From: Oceanispirochaeta sp. | GTDB taxonomy: Bacteria > Spirochaetota > Spirochaetia > DSM-2461 | Length of the DNA stretch: 64,000 nt | Reading direction: 5' to 3' | NCBI GenBank assembly: GCA_963663385.2 | Contig: CAXXXD010000002.1 | Location: 640,001-704,000, forward strand | In this document: positions 58,132 to 64,000 of the stretch, piece by piece | Layout: each line of letters starts with the position of its first letter | Position numbering within the stretch: the stretch's first letter is position 1 | Notes under the pieces: model-generated | Databases searched by the model: none | What the model saw: only the letters and a program-made list of their open reading frames with translations | Told to the model about the DNA's origin: nothing | Program-made: the position numbers and the translations under genes

Positions 58132-58342
58132 GGAAATCGGTCTTTTTTATACTGTCGGCAGGTGCCCCGGGCAATGGGGCATTTTCCCGAATCCTGTCTG
58201 CAGATTAAAAAAATCTGTTTTGTACGAAGAGTAACAGACTGTTCTGCAATTTATATACTCCTCTATCCTCAATACGACCTCCCTTGACTCTGTAAAACCT
58301 CTCTTCTAAAATCTAGTAATTTCCTATAGGAGAAGATATACT

Positions 58343-59416
58343 ATGTTTCGTCCGGATGAGTATTTCAACCTTTTTGTCTGCGGACTTTGTGTTGTCATGT
58401 CCCTCGGACTTCTTCAGAAGCCCATTAATCTGAGGAAAATCCTTCTTGCCTGTATTCTCCTGTCTCTCGGGTACATTCAGTTTGTTACAGTACTGATCTC
58501 TTCCCGCCTTGTTTATCACTATCCCGGGTTCTATTACAGTTCTCTTCCGTTTGGCTATTCTCTCTCTCCTCTGGTTTACTTTTATATCAGAAGTTTCATG
58601 CAGGAAGCTCCGAAGTTTAAAAGAAGAGATCTGCTGCATTTTGTTCCGGCCCTGCCTCTGGCAGGCATTTACTTCAATTATCGTACCCTTCCCCGGACCG
58701 ATATGATTCTGAAAATCGATATGTTCTACGATGGGCTGTCATCTTTCGGGCTATGGATCTGTCTGAATATTCTGGTGTATACACTCTATGCTGTGTTTAT
58801 AGGTAAGGCTTTGATCAAAGTCTTTCACAGGGAGAATCCCCTGCACCGTCGCCTGGTCCGATTGTTTTTACTGCTTCTCTCCTGGGCTATTCTGCTTACC
58901 GCCCGGGTGATCAGTATGCGATGGAGAATTGATCTTCTCTGGCGGATTGTCGATTGTGCGATTTGCCTGGAGCTGCTTCTGTTTTATTTTCATCTGCAGC
59001 GTTATCCCGTTCTCCTCAGTTACGCCCATATAGGGAACACCGTGAAGAAGCGCAGCGGTTCTTCCATTCTGGAAGGACTGGATACGCAAAGTCTTAAACG
59101 GAATATTGAGATTATGATGGATGAAGACAGGCTTTTCTGTGATGAAGATCTAAGCCTGAGCCGTTTTTCCCATGCCCTTGAAATCAGCTCCCATCAGCTT
59201 TCCGCGTTTCTTAATGAGCATTACGGAAGGAATTTCAACGTTTTTGTCAACGGCTACAGGATTCGTTATGCCTGTGAACTTATGAATACCGATTCCGATA
59301 TGAGCACACTCTCCATTTCATTTGCCTGCGGATTCAATTCCTACTCCGCCTTTTTTGCGGCTTTTAAAAAGGAGACGGGCCAATCACCACGGGACTACAA
59401 GAATAATTGCAAATGA
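58343..59416 (+). CDS. AraC family regulator with multi-TM sensor domain
   Basis: About 6-7 TM segments (PLVYFY, LLHFVP), then HQLSAFLN..NFNVFVNGYRI..CGFNSYSAFFAAFKKETGQSP. Confidence 0.92.
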   Translation: MFRPDEYFNLFVCGLCVVMSLGLLQKPINLRKILLACILLSLGYIQFVTVLISSRLVYHYPGFYYSSLPFGYSLSPLVYFYIRSFMQEAPKFKRRDLLHFVPALPLAGIYFNYRTLPRTDMILKIDMFYDGLSSFGLWICLNILVYTLYAVFIGKALIKVFHRENPLHRRLVRLFLLLLSWAILLTARVISMRWRIDLLWRIVDCAICLELLLFYFHLQRYPVLLSYAHIGNTVKKRSGSSILEGLDTQSLKRNIEIMMDEDRLFCDEDLSLSRFSHALEISSHQLSAFLNEHYGRNFNVFVNGYRIRYACELMNTDSDMSTLSISFACGFNSYSAFFAAFKKETGQSPRDYKNNCK

Positions 59417-59544
59417 TATTCTGGAAAAATTCCTTCCTGAATTATAAATCAGAAGATTTTTTTTGTTTCTGAAAGATAATCCTGTAAGACCCTGATCCGA
59501 ATCCGTTGTATACCTCTGGTTAATAATTTTGACGGAGGTTCATT

Positions 59545-62415
59545 GTGAACAGAATTATAAAGTTGGCCGTAAAACGGCCGATCTTTTGTCTCACATTGCT
59601 TCTGGTGCTGACGGGAGTCTTCTTCCTTGGATTAAAGAATCTAAGGGTGGAGCCCTCAACCGAGGCGCTTATGCCGGAGCATGTGGAAGAATATCGCTAC
59701 AATATGCGAATGAAAAAGGTATTCGGTGATTCCAAGCTGTACCTGCTATGTCTTGTAGAGGCGCGGGAAGGCGAACTGTTTACTCACGAGAATTTCATTT
59801 TACTGAATGATCTTGTGGAGGAGATAGAAGAGTTTCATACCTTTAATTATGATACAGAGAACAACCGGTTGGATACACTGATCTCTATGGGAACTGTAAC
59901 GCACAGGGAAGATCGGTTGATTCAAAATACCGCGGTACAGTATAAGTTGTCCGATGAGGATCTGGATGCCCTTCTTACAGATGATACTGCAGATATAGCC
60001 TTTGGAGAAAATGGGTACTTTGATGTGTTTGCCATAGACGAACCTATTCCTGAGGATATGTATATACGCCCGCTTCGGGAGAAGCGGACATACTCTCTGG
60101 ATCACTATAACGGAGTCCGCTGCGGAGATTTGAAAAAGGCCCTGGATTCCGGCGGTCGCCGGCAGCTGGAAACCGTTCTTAACAGAATCGGGGCAGAGTA
60201 TGCCAGGGATGATCATGTATTTGAGGCGGATGAATATGCCCTTATTCTGAATGAATTCGAAGAAGCCTACCTCCATAAGTCAATGGAAGCGGTGAAAAGT
60301 TTTATGAATCCTGTATCCGGAGAGGATATTCAGGGGAGTGAAGATGCTCTTACCTCTGTGGAGATGATAGAAGAGAACGACCGGGGCGAGCGGTTACTGC
60401 CCCGGAATCCTGCCGATTTCAATAACTACAGACAGAAGCTTCAGGCCAATCCCATATTGGAAAATATGATATATACGCTTGACAATGAGGAAAGCATTGA
60501 TTCCCTGGCTATGAATATCCAGTTTCAGGTTATGGAGAATCCTGACTATATACGGGATTATTTCATGGATATCTTTGATAAGCACAATACCGGTATTCTG
60601 GAGTTGACGCCCGTAGGCGTCCCGGTATTCGAATTCTATATTCAGAAGTTTATGAAGCAGGATATGAAGAAGTTCATGCCTCTGGTTTTTCTGGTTGTGA
60701 TTATTACTTTTTTTATGAATTTCCGGTTATTGAGAGGTGTCCTTCTTCCTACGGTATCCATCCTGCTTTCCATTATCTGGACTATGGGGTTAATGGGATT
60801 CCTTGGGATCCCGCTGACAATTGTTGTGAATATCCTGCCGACTATACTTGTTGCCGTGGGGAGCAGTTATTCCATACATATTATCAACCAGTACCTCCAT
60901 GACCGGGAGATGATCCGCATAAAAGGGAAACAAAACGGACTGGTTTCTTCCATGTCGCATATTTCCGTTACAGTCCTGCTGGCATCACTGACAACCTTTA
61001 TCGGGTTCTCTACCCTGGGCTTCAATCAGGTGGTTTCGCTCAGGCATTTCGGGATATTTTCTGCCATCGGCACTCTGTTTACCATGCTGATAGCGACTCT
61101 TCTGATTCCCTCTGTATTATCCCTTAGCAATATCCCCCGGGAAAAAGCTCACAAAGCGGCAAAACCCGATTTTCTTCAAAGGGTTCTGTTAGGAGCCGGT
61201 CATTTTACGATAAGAAAGCCTGTACCTATACTGGCCGGTACTGTTCTGATTTTGTTCGTCTCTCTTATTGGAATTACCCGTCTGAACATAGAATCCGCAC
61301 CCACCTTCAACTTCAAGGATGATTCCTATGTCGTTCAGGCCGATGAGAAGGTCAGTCAGGTTCTTAAGGGGTCAATCCCCATCAATCTGATGATTGATAC
61401 AGGTAGAGACGGAGGAGTAAAAGATCCCGAATTCCTTAAACATATGGATGAACTGGCTGTCTGGGCGGCAAACGAAGAAAATTGCAGGCAATACAACCTG
61501 CTGAGCTGCTATACTTTCTCTGACATTATAAAACGCATGAACAAGGCTATGAACGGTGAGGATCCGGATTACTATTCCATTCCTGAAGATTCGGCTGCGA
61601 TTGAAGACTATCTGATGTTATACAGCGGAGAGGACAGAGATTCTGACGGGTTGCCTGATACAATGGAGCGCTTTACTGATCCTCATTTTCGAGTGGCCAA
61701 TGTATTCATCAAAACCGGGTATTACCAGGGAAGAAAATACTCGACCAAACGTCTTCTCAGTGCTATTGAATCTTTGGAAAATTATCTGGCATCAGATCCT
61801 TACTTTTCTCAGTTCAAGTATCAGTGTGCCGGTCAGACAATCAACTATGCCGTATTAAACAAACTGATAGCCCGGGGGCAGATTGTAACGATTGTTCTGA
61901 CTCTGATTATTATCAGCACAATCATCTTTATTCTGTTCAGAAATATAAAGGCGGCTCTGGTCTCTCTGATTCCCATTTCATGCAGTATCCTGGTTGTCTT
62001 CGGTATTATGGGGTATTTTCAGATTCCTCTGGATATTACAAAAAGCATTATTGCTGCCGTAACCATAGGTATCGGTATCGACGATACAATTCATATGCTG
62101 AAAACAATTCGTTATTATCAGATGAACGGGTACTGTCTTAAAGAAGCTATATACGAAGCTTACAGAGAGGCGGGGAAAGCTATTGTCTATACATCAATCG
62201 CTCTGGTCTGCGGATTTGCCGTCCTTATGTTTTCACAATTCAAAGTCCTTTATTATCTGGGATTGCTGGTTGCTATGAATATGATCACCACAACCATTGC
62301 GGCTCTGATTGTTCTACCTGCTGCTGTGTGGGTGTTCAAGATCCGTTTTAATCCATCTGAAAAAAGTAACATCAAAAATGTCAAACAGGCAGAACTGCGT
62401 CTGGAAGGAGAATAA
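59545..62415 (+). CDS. MMPL/RND family transporter
   Basis: Two TM blocks; AVGSSYSIHI, ASLTTFIGF, GIGIDDTIH; large periplasmic loops. Confidence 0.9.
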   Translation: MNRIIKLAVKRPIFCLTLLLVLTGVFFLGLKNLRVEPSTEALMPEHVEEYRYNMRMKKVFGDSKLYLLCLVEAREGELFTHENFILLNDLVEEIEEFHTFNYDTENNRLDTLISMGTVTHREDRLIQNTAVQYKLSDEDLDALLTDDTADIAFGENGYFDVFAIDEPIPEDMYIRPLREKRTYSLDHYNGVRCGDLKKALDSGGRRQLETVLNRIGAEYARDDHVFEADEYALILNEFEEAYLHKSMEAVKSFMNPVSGEDIQGSEDALTSVEMIEENDRGERLLPRNPADFNNYRQKLQANPILENMIYTLDNEESIDSLAMNIQFQVMENPDYIRDYFMDIFDKHNTGILELTPVGVPVFEFYIQKFMKQDMKKFMPLVFLVVIITFFMNFRLLRGVLLPTVSILLSIIWTMGLMGFLGIPLTIVVNILPTILVAVGSSYSIHIINQYLHDREMIRIKGKQNGLVSSMSHISVTVLLASLTTFIGFSTLGFNQVVSLRHFGIFSAIGTLFTMLIATLLIPSVLSLSNIPREKAHKAAKPDFLQRVLLGAGHFTIRKPVPILAGTVLILFVSLIGITRLNIESAPTFNFKDDSYVVQADEKVSQVLKGSIPINLMIDTGRDGGVKDPEFLKHMDELAVWAANEENCRQYNLLSCYTFSDIIKRMNKAMNGEDPDYYSIPEDSAAIEDYLMLYSGEDRDSDGLPDTMERFTDPHFRVANVFIKTGYYQGRKYSTKRLLSAIESLENYLASDPYFSQFKYQCAGQTINYAVLNKLIARGQIVTIVLTLIIISTIIFILFRNIKAALVSLIPISCSILVVFGIMGYFQIPLDITKSIIAAVTIGIGIDDTIHMLKTIRYYQMNGYCLKEAIYEAYREAGKAIVYTSIALVCGFAVLMFSQFKVLYYLGLLVAMNMITTTIAALIVLPAAVWVFKIRFNPSEKSNIKNVKQAELRLEGE

Positions 62416-62417
62416 TC

Positions 62418-63167
62418 ATGTTACGTACTAAAGGAATTTCTATCTGTGTATTTCTAATGACTTTCTTTATCCCCGGCTTGCCTCTGGCTGCAGCTGAGAG
62501 TGCTCAATCCATTATGGAAAAGAACTACGCCATACCCGATGGAGAGAGTTTTCAAAAGGAGTCTGTTCTTTTAATTGTCAAATCGGGAAGCACTGAAAAA
62601 AAGGAGTTTGTAACCCTGGGCAAGGAGTACGACCGCAGTTGGCGCAGTCGTATTCAGTTTACCTTTCCTTCCACAGTAGGGTTTCTGATCTGGGACGAAC
62701 CTGGAGAGGACAGCCAGCAGTGGATTAAACTGACAAGCGGTAAAGTTCGGAAAATCGCCGGCAGTGAGAAAGGGAAGCCCTGGATGAATTCCCATTTTTA
62801 TAATCAGGATATCTCCCGCACGTATATTGAAGATTATGAATACAGTCTCCTGGGCGAAGGATCGGTAGATGGTCATCCCTGCTATAAAATCAGAGCCGAG
62901 AAGATCCGGGGTGAAAGGGTCTACTCCCATTCCGTCCTCTATATCGGAAAGGAGGATTATCTAAAATACAGGATTGAGTTTTATGAGAGCGGGCTGCATA
63001 CCAAGACTCTGGACTTTACTAACTATGAGATCATAGATGGGATTCCCACTCCCCGGAAGCTGACCATGACCCGCAGCGACGGACGGGGGAAGAGCGTTCT
63101 CTACGTGAAAACGGCCGTTTATAACCTGACTGTTGACGATCGGAAAATGACTCGTGAGGCCTTCTAG
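62418..63167 (+). CDS. Outer membrane lipoprotein-sorting protein (LolA-like)
   Basis: Signal peptide; DSQQWI...KVRKIAGSEKGKPWMNSHFYNQDI, CYKI; follows the MMPL gene. Confidence 0.85.
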   Translation: MLRTKGISICVFLMTFFIPGLPLAAAESAQSIMEKNYAIPDGESFQKESVLLIVKSGSTEKKEFVTLGKEYDRSWRSRIQFTFPSTVGFLIWDEPGEDSQQWIKLTSGKVRKIAGSEKGKPWMNSHFYNQDISRTYIEDYEYSLLGEGSVDGHPCYKIRAEKIRGERVYSHSVLYIGKEDYLKYRIEFYESGLHTKTLDFTNYEIIDGIPTPRKLTMTRSDGRGKSVLYVKTAVYNLTVDDRKMTREAF

Positions 63168-63177
63168 GGGAAGTTTA

Positions 63178-64000
63178 ATGAATATGTTTAAAAGAAATAT
63201 ACTGTTTTCTATTCTTTTTGTACTGTGGCGTCTCTTTCCCCTTTCCGCTCAGACCGAGGAGGAGTTGGACCAGCTCCTCCTGGGGGGGGATAGCAGCGAT
63301 CGTATAGAAGAAATGAGCATGCCCGAGTCCGAACCTCCTTTCTCCCTCTCCGGTTCGGCCGTGTATGAATCCGGTCTTTCCCTGAACGAAAACTCTTTTG
63401 AATTGAATCGCTTTTACCGGAATCAGGGGCGGATCAAACTGAAACCCCTTTATGAGACAGAGAATACCAGAGCCTATGGGGATCTGGATTTCTTTGTGAA
63501 TTCCGGTGTTGAGGGGGAAACCCGTGAAAGCAGCAGCCTGGAGTGTGTGGAGGCCTATGCTGAAGGTTCAGGCCTGCTCCTGTGGAAGATCGGAAAACAG
63601 CGCTTTAACTGGGGTGTCGGGGATTCCTGCCAGCCCACGGACTTGATGGACCGTCCCGATCTGCGCGATTCCTTTATGCGGAACATCGATGACCGTTATA
63701 CAGGGGTATATGCCCTTTCCCTGAAGTATCTGGCCGGAGACTATGCCCTGGAGATCGCTTTGCGCCCCGTAACGGAAACGGCTCTGGTTCCAGCCGGGTT
63801 CTATGCTCTGGAAGCAGATGCTCTGACATCTGCCGCCGGAACTGTCTCTCCCCGCTATCCGGAGAGTGAGGTGCTGTCCGCACTGGAAGACGTTTCGGCG
63901 GGTATTCGCATTGGTGGAACCAGCGGTATCCTGGATTGGCATCTGACGGGGTACAGTGGAATGAACAAAGAGTTCCTTTATCGTTCTTCAATTAAAAGGG
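63178..64000 (+). CDS. Putative outer-membrane beta-barrel (DUF1302-like), runs off window edge
   Basis: ATG 63178; manually translated segments give a signal peptide MNMFKRNILFSILF...LSAQ and WKIGKQRFNWGVGD..QPTD; third gene of an MMPL/LolA-like operon. Confidence 0.65.
   Translation, partial: MNMFKRNILFSILFVLWRLFPLSAQTEEELDQLLLGGDSSDRIEEMSMPESEPPFSLSGSAVYESGLSLNENSFELNRFYRNQGRIKLKPLYETENTRAYGDLDFFVNSGVEGETRESSSLECVEAYAEGSGLLLWKIGKQRFNWGVGDSCQPTDLMDRPDLRDSFMRNIDDRYTGVYALSLKYLAGDYALEIALRPVTETALVPAGFYALEADALTSAAGTVSPRYPESEVLSALEDVSAGIRIGGTSGILDWHLTGYSGMNKEFLYRSSIKR

Noticed and set aside
37624..62415. Hopanoid pathway (HpnP-like methylase plus HpnN-like MMPL)
   Set aside because: Both families are broad; no squalene-hopene cyclase or other hpn gene is present, and the genes are not in one unit.
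1..64000. CRISPR array, tRNA/rRNA, IS, integrase or prophage genes
   Set aside because: No regularly spaced repeats, RNA-gene signatures, or recombinase/transposase motifs were recognised by eye.

Overview
Bacterial chromosomal window, probably from a free-living spirochaete (inferred from spirochaete-style solute-binding protein leaders, an LFSC lipobox and an LA_2272-type repeat protein). Left to right it contains: a sigma54 two-component system driving a monosaccharide ABC operon; a membrane diguanylate cyclase; a feoC-feoA-feoB-tetR-MATE-ABC-ABC operon divergent from an orphan hydG; a sugar ABC/GH29/GH106-like operon containing a PLP trans-sulfuration-type lyase; a membrane-AraC, transglutaminase-TPR and surface-lipoprotein module; hexuronate genes (uxaC, gntR, uxuB-like, uxuA); and a membrane-AraC, MMPL, LolA-like and beta-barrel module. 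The most unusual part is 35.5-57.5 kb. A B12-radical SAM gene plus divergent two-component cassette occurs twice with different downstream outputs: a plain GGDEF protein, and a GGDEF protein fused to a complete PTS Enzyme I. The second cassette lies between 879-bp direct repeats of recQ (one full and one truncated copy), and a third, decayed recQ 5' end lies at 35.5 kb. No integrase, transposase, tRNA, rRNA or CRISPR array was seen. All calls are by eye, without database searches.
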